Below, in pieces: positions 49,201 through 57,702 of a stretch of 64,000 nucleotides of DNA. The DNA comes from an uncultured Gammaproteobacteria bacterium (GTDB lineage: Bacteria > Patescibacteriota > Microgenomatia > Levybacterales > UBA12049). The translations under genes were made by a program, and so were the position numbers. Location of the stretch: positions 10,261 to 74,260 of the forward strand of contig CAYMJR010000004.1 in NCBI GenBank assembly GCA_964391315.1, in the 5' to 3' direction. Every line of letters starts with the position of its first letter. Within the stretch, counting starts at the first letter, position 1. The notes under the pieces were generated by a model that ran no database searches, was not told the DNA's origin, and saw nothing but the letters and a program-made list of their open reading frames with translations.

Positions 49201-49640
49201 CAGCGTTCGATGATTCCAACGCTGTAGAGCTAGGTGTTAAATTTACACCTGATGTGAATGGACAGATAACTGGAATTAGATTCTATAAAGGAACAGGCAA
49301 TACAGGAACACATATCGGTAATTTATGGAGTAGTACTGGTACACTCCTTGCTTCCGTGACCTTTAGTAATGAATCTTCTTCTGGTTGGCAAGAAGCGACA
49401 TTCTCAAACCCTGTTAATGTCACAGCCAATACAACCTATGTCGCATCATACTATGCGCCAAATGGGCATTATGCTGTCAATAGTAATTACTTCTCTTCTG
49501 CTTTTGATAATTCACCGCTTCATGCTCCTTCAAGCAGTAACAGTGGAGGAAACGGCGTCTATGTGTATGGCAGCGACTCATTCCCAAACAGTTCGTATAA
49601 TGCGACCAACTACTGGGTAGATGTATTATTCCATCAGTAA
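46287..49640 (+). CDS. Large secreted/anchored protein with three DUF4082-type repeats and a central unassigned domain
   Basis: N-terminal signal/anchor. The repeated module is NAVE.G.KF..DV.G.ITGI.FYKG..NTGTH.G.LWS..GTLLA.VTFSNE..SGWQ.A.F..PV...ANTTY..SYYAPNGHYA...APLHAP..NGVY.YG..FP...Y.A.NYWVDV.F. Thr/Pro-rich linkers separate the modules. Confidence 0.7.
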   Translation: MNKLTSRLASIFFGIIISFFALFIYTAPTAALAYSCPCSLWNNTTTPSNPADTDSNGVEIGTKFTSDVNGVVTGIKFYKGTNNTGTHIGNLWSSDGTLLATVTFSNETGSGWQQANFSSPVSITANTTYIVSYYAPNGHYAGDNNYFTNTYDNAPLHAPSTNNGVYTYGSSSSFPTSTYQASNYWVDVLFQPTNTKTPIAVITSNANHFSQYYPELLHAEGLNEFDTIDISSVSATTLANYDIVILGEMSLTSDQVTTLSDWVNTGGNLIAMRPDKQLASLLGLTDASSTLSDKYLLVNTSSGPGVGIVNKTIQFHNTADLYTVNGATVVATLYSDASTATSNPAVTMRSVGSNGGHAAAFTYDLAKSVIYTRQGNPAYAGQQLDGNSPPTRADNLFQQNYLDMNKVAIPQADEQQRLLANMITQFDLNNKPLPRFWYLPKGLKAAIVYTLDDHNNVGAATQTVFDKFNSNSPTNCSVTNWECYRGTSWFYVGIPLTDSQAGSYNSQGFEMGVHVQNGCTDFTSFSNLDSSYTSQLAAFQSAYPSLPAQTTHRFHCIVWSDWLTQAKVERSHNIRYSMDYYYWPPAWVNGRPGLFTGSGIPMKFADTDGSTIDVYQGVSQFVNENGIPYDQDVYTLLNNATGSNGYYGLFGTHDDYRDSSFSDSIINAAKAFNVPIITAKQALTWIDARNNSSFSSLSWDGNRLNFTVNADSNANNIQAMIPVNDANNGLTSITRNGSSVTFTEEYIKGVYYAFFPATSGSYSATYSSSIITPTPTPTTSPSASSSLWSNTIIPNNPSANDTNAVEVGVKFKSDISGQVTGIKFYKGLGNTGTHVGHLWSANGTLLATVTFSNETGSGWQQANLNTPVSLSANTTYVVSYYAPNGHYAADLNYLASDYDNAPLHAPSSSNSSGNGVYAYGSSGTFPNNTFNAANYWVDVIFQQDTQPTSTPTATPTSTPTVTLWGNTTPTNTAFDDSNAVELGVKFTPDVNGQITGIRFYKGTGNTGTHIGNLWSSTGTLLASVTFSNESSSGWQEATFSNPVNVTANTTYVASYYAPNGHYAVNSNYFSSAFDNSPLHAPSSSNSGGNGVYVYGSDSFPNSSYNATNYWVDVLFHQ
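46401..46859 (+). repeat. DUF4082-type module, copy 1 (intragenic)
   Basis: aa 39-191 of 46287..49640. It shares a 35-nt identical stretch (46596-46630) with copy 2 (48837-48871). Confidence 0.8.
48642..49112 (+). repeat. DUF4082-type module, copy 2 (intragenic)
   Basis: Starts at SLWSNT and ends at NYWVDVIFQ. Confidence 0.8.
49170..49637 (+). repeat. DUF4082-type module, copy 3 (intragenic)
   Basis: Starts at TLWGNT and ends at NYWVDVLFHQ, the protein C-terminus. Confidence 0.8.
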
Positions 49641-49661
49641 ACTGCCCCATTTTACTAACCG

Positions 49662-50189
49662 ATGAAAAATAAGAAGATTGTAATCGTTGGGATATTCTTG
49701 CTTGTAAGCCTAATCGTTGGACCCGTATTTTTCAAAGGGTCCAATGATCAATGGATTTGTAAAGATGGGCAATGGATTCGACAAGGTAGTCCCAAAGTAA
49801 GTCAACCACAAACTCCATGTCAAGGAGCACGCACTGGAGAAGAACTACCTTCAATACCTCCAGACAGTACCGTGGTAAGTTTTTATAGTTGGTTGCTAAA
49901 AAATACAGACGCTCTTTCTAGTCAATCATATAAAAAAAGTCAGTATTTAACTGATTCCTACAAACAAAAAATTCCTCAGCTGATTGCTTCGACACATGAT
50001 TCAGCATATAAGCCATTCGTCTGCGCAGACATACAACCATCTAGCTATAAAATTATAAAGTCTTCTACAACAAAACAAACTGCGACCGTTGAGATTGAAG
50101 AAACCTTTGAGACAGGAAAAAAAACTAGCCTTGTTCAACTCCAAACACAAGGAAAAGATTGGAAAATACAAAACGTCATCTGCCCATAG
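49662..50189 (+). CDS. Hypothetical exported protein
   Basis: N-terminal signal/anchor helix (IVIVGIFLLVSLIVGPVF). No recognisable domain. Confidence 0.4.
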   Translation: MKNKKIVIVGIFLLVSLIVGPVFFKGSNDQWICKDGQWIRQGSPKVSQPQTPCQGARTGEELPSIPPDSTVVSFYSWLLKNTDALSSQSYKKSQYLTDSYKQKIPQLIASTHDSAYKPFVCADIQPSSYKIIKSSTTKQTATVEIEETFETGKKTSLVQLQTQGKDWKIQNVICP

Positions 50190-50229
50190 GTGTACAAAAC
50201 ACAACCATGTGGTATAGTAGAAAAACTAA

Positions 50230-50988
50230 ATGAACAATATTATTGAAGTCAAAAATCTCATTAAGCGATACGGCAATTTTATAGCAGTCAATGACATTTC
50301 TTTTTCAGTTAAACCAGGAGAAATTTTTGGCATATTAGGACCTAATGGGGCAGGGAAGACCACAACCCTTGAAATTATTGAAACACTCAAACCACTAACA
50401 AGCGGTGAAGTACTTGTCGATGATATCAATGTTAAGGATCACCCGTGGGAGGTAAAAAGACGAATTGGCGTCCAACTCCAAACCGCATCCTTCTACCCAG
50501 AGTTAAACCTTGTGGAGCTTCTTGATATGTTTGCTGCAATGTATGACGTCAAAATAGATCCTATGGAAATGCTTAAAAAAGTCGATCTTGTTGATAAAGC
50601 CAAAAATTATGTCAAACAACTCTCAGGCGGACAAAAACAACGCTTCTCAATCGCATCAACGCTTATTAACCAACCAAAAGTTATTTTCCTGGACGAGCCA
50701 ACAACCGGCCTTGACCCACAAGCCCGCATCCATCTCTGGGATATGGTAAGAAGTATTAAAAAAGACGGCGTCACAATCGTCCTGACAACCCACTATATGG
50801 ACGAAGCAGAGCAGCTTTGTGATAGACTGGCTATTATGGACGGCGGAAAAATTGTCAATACCGGCACGCCCAAAGAATTTATCAAAAATCTTTTAGCAAA
50901 AGGTTTTAAAAAAGAAATCAAACCAGAACCAGCCAATCTCGAAGACGTTTTCCTGGATTTAACAGGAAGACACTTAAGAGAAGACTAA
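50230..50988 (+). CDS. ABC transporter ATP-binding protein (ABC-2/DrrA-like)
   Basis: Walker A GPNGAGKTT, signature LSGGQKQR, Walker B VIFLDEPTTGLD. Confidence 0.9.
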   Translation: MNNIIEVKNLIKRYGNFIAVNDISFSVKPGEIFGILGPNGAGKTTTLEIIETLKPLTSGEVLVDDINVKDHPWEVKRRIGVQLQTASFYPELNLVELLDMFAAMYDVKIDPMEMLKKVDLVDKAKNYVKQLSGGQKQRFSIASTLINQPKVIFLDEPTTGLDPQARIHLWDMVRSIKKDGVTIVLTTHYMDEAEQLCDRLAIMDGGKIVNTGTPKEFIKNLLAKGFKKEIKPEPANLEDVFLDLTGRHLRED

Positions 50989-50990
50989 CT

Positions 50991-52094
50991 ATGAAAAAAC
51001 AATATCGCAAACCAAAACAAATCAGAGCGTTCTTCACTATGATGAAGTATTTCTTCCTGGCGCAGACCCGCAACCCTGCCACCTTTGCCTTCGGATTTTT
51101 GTTTCCAATCGTCTTTATCAGTATTTTTGGTCTCATTGGCAATACTACGCTTAAACTCACTGTCGGCTTTCCAATCGGAAGCAATACCAACAATCCAATC
51201 GTCCAGGCAATCCAAAAACAATCCTTCATTAAAATAGATCAAGAAGATGAAGCAACACTTGAAAACAAGCTTCGCCAAGGTAAGCTTTCGGGAATTATTG
51301 CCGTTGACCAAATAAAGCAACAACCACCACAATATACAGTCAAACTCACGACATCTATGGCAAACCCTCAAGAAACAGGAGCACTCACATCACTCGTCAA
51401 AAGTGTCGTCGATGACACTAATCTTCGTATCGCCGGCGTTACAACTCCTGCAATTACCATACAACAGACAGAACTTTCAGGACGGCAATCACGGTATATT
51501 GATTTTGCACTACCAGGACAGATCGGATTTTCGCTTCTTTCCACCGCCATCTTTGGAACAGTCTTTGGTCTTATCTTTTTGAAAAAATCACTCGTTCTTA
51601 AACGCATGTTTGCAACCCCCACCAGAGCACTCACCATTCTTTTTGCGCAAGGTGGAAGTCGATTGATCGTTGCTGTTCTTCAAACAACCCTCATCCTCGT
51701 TCTTGGTGTCACTGTCTTCAAATTTTATCTACCTCATGGATGGATTACCTTTGTAGAATTGCTTTTTCTTTCCATAATCGGTCTTATCGCATTTCTCGGT
51801 TTTGGTTATTTTATGGCAGGACTTGCCAATGACGAGAACTCTGCAGGTCCGCTCGTCAACCTTATCACCTTGCCACAATTTTTACTTGCCGGAACATTCT
51901 TCCCAACAGACAGTCTTCCTGCATGGATCCAACCAATCGCAAACAACCTCCCACTGTCATACTTCAACATGGCCATCCGCAAAATCACTACAGAAGGCGG
52001 AGATCTTACCCAAACAATACCATACATCCTTGGCCTCCTCGCTTGGGGCGCAGTCATGTACCTCCTCGCCGCCCGCACCTTCAAATGGGAGTAA
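50991..52094 (+). CDS. ABC-2-type transporter permease
   Basis: An N-terminal TM helix, a large extracytoplasmic loop, then 5 TM helices. It starts 2 nt after the ATPase stop. Confidence 0.8.
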   Translation: MKKQYRKPKQIRAFFTMMKYFFLAQTRNPATFAFGFLFPIVFISIFGLIGNTTLKLTVGFPIGSNTNNPIVQAIQKQSFIKIDQEDEATLENKLRQGKLSGIIAVDQIKQQPPQYTVKLTTSMANPQETGALTSLVKSVVDDTNLRIAGVTTPAITIQQTELSGRQSRYIDFALPGQIGFSLLSTAIFGTVFGLIFLKKSLVLKRMFATPTRALTILFAQGGSRLIVAVLQTTLILVLGVTVFKFYLPHGWITFVELLFLSIIGLIAFLGFGYFMAGLANDENSAGPLVNLITLPQFLLAGTFFPTDSLPAWIQPIANNLPLSYFNMAIRKITTEGGDLTQTIPYILGLLAWGAVMYLLAARTFKWE

Positions 52095-52134
52095 AACGTT
52101 GACATAACTCATCAAAAAAAGTTATAAAATATAT

Positions 52135-52950
52135 ATGATGAAATTTTGGCAAGCAATCAAAAATCCTCTCTTAACCGCGCTTTTTGTCTTACTGGGAATG
52201 TATCTCTACGTAAACTTTTCCTATGCACTTCCTTTTGGATATCACCAAACTAATAAAGACGCGCTTTTTACCGCAGATGGAAGAGGGGAGGTAACCTATA
52301 CACCAGACACCTCTCTCATTTATTTAAGCGTTGAGAAAACAGCAACTACACAAGATGAAGCAAAAAGCGAAGCAAATAAAATCATCGACCAAATAACTGC
52401 AGACCTTAAAAAACTTGGCGTTGCAGAAAAGGATATAAAAACAACCAACTTATCAGTAAATCCAAATTATAACAACCAGCCAATGTCAGAAGCACAACCA
52501 GAATCTGGAACAGTTTCCAATAAAATGGTAGCAATTCCTGTCCGCCCAACTACTGGTAATGGTTACACTGCCAATGCTAGCCTCGAAGTACGAGTCACAC
52601 CTCTTGATAAAGCACAACAAGCAATTGATGCTGCAACTAAAGATGGAGCAACACAAGTTGGCACATCACAAATGGTCGTCGACAATGCAAAACAAAAAGA
52701 TCTTGAAGATCAGGCACGATTACAAGCAGTCAAAAATGCAAAAGAAAAAGCACAACAACTTGCCAACGCTGCAGGAATTCATCTCGGAAGAGTCATCTCA
52801 GTCCAGGAAAATAATGGAGGCTTCGTAAGACCAATGCTAATGAAAACAGATATGGCACAACCATTAGCCGTAGGAAGTGCTCCTACGCAGCTTAATCCCG
52901 GAGAGAACACCATTTCAGTCTCCGTCACCCTCTCATACGAAACATATTAA
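52135..52950 (+). CDS. SIMPL-domain (DUF541) protein
   Basis: TM anchor. The GEVTYTPD...LSVE...A....N, GYTANASLEVRV and AV.NAKEKAQQLA.AAG..LG pattern is typical of the SIMPL / 26-kDa periplasmic protein family. Confidence 0.7.
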   Translation: MMKFWQAIKNPLLTALFVLLGMYLYVNFSYALPFGYHQTNKDALFTADGRGEVTYTPDTSLIYLSVEKTATTQDEAKSEANKIIDQITADLKKLGVAEKDIKTTNLSVNPNYNNQPMSEAQPESGTVSNKMVAIPVRPTTGNGYTANASLEVRVTPLDKAQQAIDAATKDGATQVGTSQMVVDNAKQKDLEDQARLQAVKNAKEKAQQLANAAGIHLGRVISVQENNGGFVRPMLMKTDMAQPLAVGSAPTQLNPGENTISVSVTLSYETY

Positions 52951-54113
52951 CTTACAAAATATCCACGAAGGAAATAGATAAGAAGAATTATTTGGAGCAA
53001 AAAGAAAAATACTACTATACTTATTTTGATGACAGTATTTTTTATTTCTGCCAATGCAATAAAAATGCCAAAAGAAGCTAAAATGTAGCGGGGAACTGAT
53101 GTCAATGTGCCTGTTAACGTAGGCAAAAGCAAGGCAATTAGCGAATAGACATAGAGGCCAAATTCCTGATTGCTGATCTTATGTTTGATAGCAATAACAA
53201 TTTTATAAACAAAGATACTAAAAACAAAACAAAAAAGCGAAAACTCAAGGACAGAAATCATATATGGAAAATTCCTCGCTGAAAACATAAATATTTTTAT
53301 ATACCGAAAAAGCACTTGCGGAAGCAAAATAATCTGCGTAACTGATCTATTTGCGCCAAATGCTGATTGTGCATGATAAAACAACAAAGGGTCTTTATAG
53401 TTAATAAAAAGATAAAGTGAGTAAGACAAAATACCGTACAAAGGTGAGAATATGACGAAAAGTAATTTATAATTTTCTCGTAGCCACTCTTTACTTTTTC
53501 CTAAAAGATCATGTTTAGGAATTCGTGCACCAACAAGAGTAATAAAAAACGGAATAACCAAAAGGGCTCCCTGGACGCTTGTTAGTGAAGAGAGTGCAGC
53601 AAAAATGCTTGCAAGAACATACTGTTTTTTACAAAGATAATATAACGCAGCTGAAGAAACAAATAACAATAAGCTTGTCGAATAGGACATTTCATAAAAA
53701 AAGGCTGTTGGAAATGTTACTAAAAAAATTAACGCCCACCTAACTTGTATCTTATCTTCCACTATCAGCATTATGTACCTTCTCAAATACACCAAGCCTA
53801 AGAAAAAACTCACAAAACTTATAAAAATGCTGGCAAATAATTGACTGCCAAGAGTGAGCGGCGTGAGTAAGGCAATCAAAACAGGGAATAAAGGAAAATA
53901 TCCTTGTTGGAACTGTCCGTAGCCATTTCGCGCAATTGTGAGATATTGGATACCATCAAATTCAGCAAAAGAATGCAAAATTGATGGCTGAAACCGTTGT
54001 TCTAAAATATCTTGATAAGGAAAAGCAACTTGTGGAATAGATTGAAATGGTAAATAAATCAAAAAAATATGAAGAAGAGTATAGACAAAAAATAGAATGA
54101 CAACTATCCTCAT
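52947..54113 (-). CDS. Polytopic membrane glycosyltransferase-like protein (PIG-V/GT-C-like)
   Basis: 388 aa, about 10 TM helices. FDGIQYLTIARNGY resembles the w-D-x-x-Y-x-x-IA-x-x-GY motif of PIG-V-type mannosyltransferases. Confidence 0.45.
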   Translation of the reverse strand: MRIVVILFFVYTLLHIFLIYLPFQSIPQVAFPYQDILEQRFQPSILHSFAEFDGIQYLTIARNGYGQFQQGYFPLFPVLIALLTPLTLGSQLFASIFISFVSFFLGLVYLRRYIMLIVEDKIQVRWALIFLVTFPTAFFYEMSYSTSLLLFVSSAALYYLCKKQYVLASIFAALSSLTSVQGALLVIPFFITLVGARIPKHDLLGKSKEWLRENYKLLFVIFSPLYGILSYSLYLFINYKDPLLFYHAQSAFGANRSVTQIILLPQVLFRYIKIFMFSARNFPYMISVLEFSLFCFVFSIFVYKIVIAIKHKISNQEFGLYVYSLIALLLPTLTGTLTSVPRYILASFGIFIALAEIKNTVIKISIVVFFFLLQIILLIYFLRGYFVS

Positions 54114-54118
54114 ATGTA

Positions 54119-55066
54119 TTAATCTTTATTGCCACTATGGAAGGCTTTGTGGACGTCACGAAGCTGTTTATTTGTGACGTGTGTATAAATCTGCGTTGTA
54201 GCAATATTTTTGTGGCCAAGCATCTCTTGGACTGATCGAAGATCTGCACCATTGGTCAATAGATCTGTAGCAAACGAATGTCGCATGGTATGAACTGTAG
54301 CATCTACAGGAAGCCGGGCAAGTTGCACATATTTTTTGACAATCATCTCAATTGAACGAACAGTCAAACGCATTTTCTCACCGCCATTGTCTTCTTCAAC
54401 TCGTCCTGAATATCTAATAAAAAGCGGTTTAAATGCATCTGTCCGCATTTCTAAATACTTTTGAATCCACAATGCAGCGCGGTCTGAGATGAAAACAACC
54501 CGCGCACGTCCACCTTTTCCGATTACACCAAATTCACGACGTTCAATATTGATTTGCTCATGGTTAAGTTTTACTAATTCAGAAACACGAAGCCCGGTAG
54601 AGAAGAGAAGCTCCAAAACTGTCCTGTCGCGGACTCCTTCTTCTTTTGAGGTATCTGGCATAGTAACCAAACGTTCTATTTGATCCCGTTCGAGAAACTT
54701 CAAACTCCGGCTTTCTGTCTTTGGGAGGTCAATTTTGCTTGGTTCGAGAGTCTTTATATCATTTTTAATCAAAAACCGAAGGAATGACCGAAGCGCAATA
54801 ACATAATAATTTTGGGTGACTTTTTTAAGCGTTTTGCCTTTATCATTAACTTTATTCGTTAAATACACACGATATTTTCTGATTGTTGCCAAATCTAATT
54901 CTTGAATTGATTTATTAGTAGGGGAGAACCATTCATAAAAAACCTCAAGGTAGTGCCGATAATCACGAATTGTTAATTTTGATGCGTTTTTTTCAATTTC
55001 AAGATGTTCCAGAAATTGATTCATGAGGTCAGGCAGGGCGGTGTTCATGAAAACATTGTACGACAC
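54119..55066 (-). CDS. xerC: Tyrosine recombinase, XerC/XerD-like
   Basis: N-terminal SAM-like core-binding domain (FLEHLEIEKNASKLTIRDYR). The catalytic residues are in the usual order: R (GLRVSEL), H-x-x-R (HTMRHSFAT), H, and Y (HKNIATTQIYTHV). Confidence 0.8.
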   Translation of the reverse strand: MSYNVFMNTALPDLMNQFLEHLEIEKNASKLTIRDYRHYLEVFYEWFSPTNKSIQELDLATIRKYRVYLTNKVNDKGKTLKKVTQNYYVIALRSFLRFLIKNDIKTLEPSKIDLPKTESRSLKFLERDQIERLVTMPDTSKEEGVRDRTVLELLFSTGLRVSELVKLNHEQINIERREFGVIGKGGRARVVFISDRAALWIQKYLEMRTDAFKPLFIRYSGRVEEDNGGEKMRLTVRSIEMIVKKYVQLARLPVDATVHTMRHSFATDLLTNGADLRSVQEMLGHKNIATTQIYTHVTNKQLRDVHKAFHSGNKD

Positions 55067-55139
55067 GAGGTAACTTTACGCAACAATAATAAACAAAGCT
55101 TTACGTAATACTGTATACGTGATAGTTTATACTTAGATT

Positions 55140-56555
55140 ATGTGGCAAGAAAACTACAAAGATTGTTTGAAGTATATAGACGACTACTGGAATCAAATTA
55201 TTTATAGCCCTTCATTTATGAGACTCAAGCACCGATATATTAATATGCCGCTTTTTTTGTTGACGATTAAAACAAAAAATCCACACATAATTTATATTCC
55301 ACATTCATATTTTGTGCCAAACACCGGCCATCATAGACGCATCTACTATTGGGATAGCTATTTTATGTTCCGAGGCATTATGGGAACAAAACGGCAGTGG
55401 TTAATACGACAAATGGTAGATAATTTTATTTATCTTTTTAATCAATACCAGATTATTCCTAACTTTAATGCTCCAGCCTCTGTTAATCGCTCACAGCCAC
55501 CTTTCCTTTCATCAATGATTCTGGATAATTACCTTACCCCACTACGAGGAAAAGATACTCAGAAAACACTCGATAATGTATCGACAAGACTATACAAACT
55601 GCGAAATCAATTATGGTTCAAAAATGCCATGGCAATCGCCAAAAAGGAATATGAAATTGTCTGGATTGATGCTTCAAACAGCTATAATCATCACGTATTT
55701 GGATATAATTTATCGCGTTATGGAGACCGTGATCTTGGATATGGACATTCTTCTGAACTTGAATCTGGTTGGGATTTTACTTCACGTTTTTATAATCGCT
55801 GCCATCAGTTTCTGCCTATCGATCTTAACACCTATCTTTTTAAATATGAAAAAGATTTCGAAACAACAGCACAAATTTTGGGTAACAGAAAAGATGAAGA
55901 GTATTGGCACAAAAAAGCCTTGGAAAGACAAGCTGAAATGAATAAGTATATGTGGAATGATCAGGAAGGATTTTTCTTTGATTATGGATATACCAATCAA
56001 CAAATCAGTAACTATTTTTCCTTAGCAGGTTTTACTCCCATGTGGGCAGGCCTCGCAACAGCAAAGCAAGCAAAAAAAATGGTCAAACACTTAGCAAAAT
56101 TTGAAACGAACTACGGACTAACAATCGGCACAAAAGAATCTCTTGCTGAGGCTGTAGATGTTTCTAACATTCAGGATCGTTATCGGCCAGCAATTGAAGA
56201 GGTTATGAAACCAAAACAATGGGATTATCCCAATATTTGGTCCCCTCTTGAATATTTAACTGTGATTGGCCTCCTAAAATACGGCTATGAGGCTGATGCG
56301 AAGCGAATTATGGAAAAATCTGTGGCTGCTCACGCACGAGCATTTCGCAAACATGGCACATTTTTTGAAAAATTGGATGGTTTGACAGGAGAATCGGGTA
56401 GAGGGGCATTATACGGCGATCAGAAAGGATTCGGATGGACAAATGCAGTTTTTTTCCGGTATATTATGATTCTTGAGGCAATGGAAAAGGGGAGTATTTA
56501 CAATGAAAATATAACAAATGCGACTCCCCCGTATGCATTATCAATTCTCCACTAG
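55140..56555 (+). CDS. Trehalase (GH37)
   Basis: RRIYYWDSYF and QWDYPNIWSPLEY correspond to the two GH37 signature regions. GFGWTN lies near the C-terminus. Confidence 0.85.
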   Translation: MWQENYKDCLKYIDDYWNQIIYSPSFMRLKHRYINMPLFLLTIKTKNPHIIYIPHSYFVPNTGHHRRIYYWDSYFMFRGIMGTKRQWLIRQMVDNFIYLFNQYQIIPNFNAPASVNRSQPPFLSSMILDNYLTPLRGKDTQKTLDNVSTRLYKLRNQLWFKNAMAIAKKEYEIVWIDASNSYNHHVFGYNLSRYGDRDLGYGHSSELESGWDFTSRFYNRCHQFLPIDLNTYLFKYEKDFETTAQILGNRKDEEYWHKKALERQAEMNKYMWNDQEGFFFDYGYTNQQISNYFSLAGFTPMWAGLATAKQAKKMVKHLAKFETNYGLTIGTKESLAEAVDVSNIQDRYRPAIEEVMKPKQWDYPNIWSPLEYLTVIGLLKYGYEADAKRIMEKSVAAHARAFRKHGTFFEKLDGLTGESGRGALYGDQKGFGWTNAVFFRYIMILEAMEKGSIYNENITNATPPYALSILH

Positions 56556-56558
56556 TAT

Positions 56559-56580
56559 CTACTTTTCACAGTTTTCACAG
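56559..56580. repeat. Left boundary motif CTACTTTTCACAG-TTTTCACAG
   Basis: Its reverse complements occur at 57674-57683 (CTGTGAAAAG) and 57692-57702 (GTGAAAAGTAG). Confidence 0.45.
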
Positions 56581-57450
56581 AAACACATTCTGCGAAGTGG
56601 AAATAATGGATAAACGGCTATACTGCATATGATTAATTACTAAACAATTTTATTAATTTAAAAAGTCTGTTAACCATTTAGCATAATTATTGCTCAAGTA
56701 ATTATTTATCAGCTTACTAGCTTAATTAAACTTTACAGACAACAAACAATCGCCATTATCTGCCATCAGATGTCATATTACTAATCAAAATTATGACAGT
56801 ATAGATGTCTCCAAAAAACCAGACTTTGCCAAGATGATGATATGTACATCTCACATATTTGAGGGGCCTTCTAGGGCCCTACATGACATCGCATTTTTAG
56901 CCTTGGACTAATATATCAACATAAATGAGACTCCTCCACCGATTTTTTTGGTGAGGGGAGTATTCGAGGCTAAAAAACTTCAATTTAGCCTCGAAAGCTC
57001 AGCTTATAGCAATAAAGGAATATAAAAATTACGACATGACCATAGATGGGTAAGAAGACCTAATATTAAGAATCCACTGATTTTGCAATTAGACAATTTT
57101 AAAGTAATAATTTTTTTTAAACTTCATCGATGAGAAGTCCTCCCCCTGGGAAATCCCATCCGTGACTTCGTAAAAGTATTATTGTGCGAAGTTAAGATCT
57201 AACCTCCTATGACACGTTACTGTCATATAACTAATCATGCGTTTATCTGTCTTGCAACAGAGATGCAACAAGCTTATTGCCTTATTAATAATTCACAACG
57301 AGACCTCCTCACCCAAAAGAGTACGATTATGATGATCGTCACTACATTATTTATTCTTAAAAGAAAGGCTAAAGGATATTTAATAATTAATAACTGCTTA
57401 TTCTTTTCCCGAGCGAGGGCCCCTCCACTTCATGATCAATACATAACTAA

Positions 57451-57474
57451 ATTAGATTGATTTATCAATCTAAT
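57451..57474. repeat. 24-nt near-perfect palindrome ATTAGATTGAT-TT-ATCAATCTAAT
   Basis: Read directly. It has 11-bp arms around a TT centre, and can also be parsed as 9-6-9. Confidence 0.6.
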
Positions 57475-57673
57475 CTTGCTATTTTAGCCTCAAATTATTT
57501 ATATTTAGAAAAGGGCTTTCGTATTTTTTTGCATGATCTAGTAGCTTAGCAAGAAAGGGTTGGAAGTGCTTCTCACTATCTTCGAAGTAGCTTACTTGCC
57601 TAAAATACAGAAATACAAAGCAAATTACACACAAATTATGCCTAAACTGATAATTCATTCTCCCTATGTGAGG

Positions 57674-57702
57674 CTGTGAAAAGTTATTTCCGTGAAAAGT
57701 AG
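57674..57702. repeat. Right boundary motif CTGTGAAAAGT-N7-GTGAAAAGTAG (inverted relative to 56559-56580)
   Basis: An exact 11-nt inverted match (57692-57702 vs 56559-56569) plus an exact 10-nt match (57674-83 vs 56562-71). Confidence 0.45.

Noticed and set aside
54119-55066. The tyrosine recombinase as a marker of an integrated phage or genomic island, with the 56.5-57.9 kb gap as its att or remnant end.
   Set aside because: The protein has the typical XerC/D length and N-terminal domain. Its neighbours are ordinary chromosomal genes (glycosyltransferase, trehalase). No phage genes or flanking direct repeats spanning it were seen. The possibility is kept only as a minor alternative in the gap finding.
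56576-57141. ACAGAAAC (56576-83) and GAGAAGUCC (57131-39) recall RNase P RNA conserved regions. CUCCUCCACC (56931-40) recalls a tmRNA or tRNA 3' end.
   Set aside because: The order and spacing are wrong for RNase P. There is no T-arm (GGTTCGA-type) or acceptor-stem complement for tmRNA or tRNA. The matches are too short.
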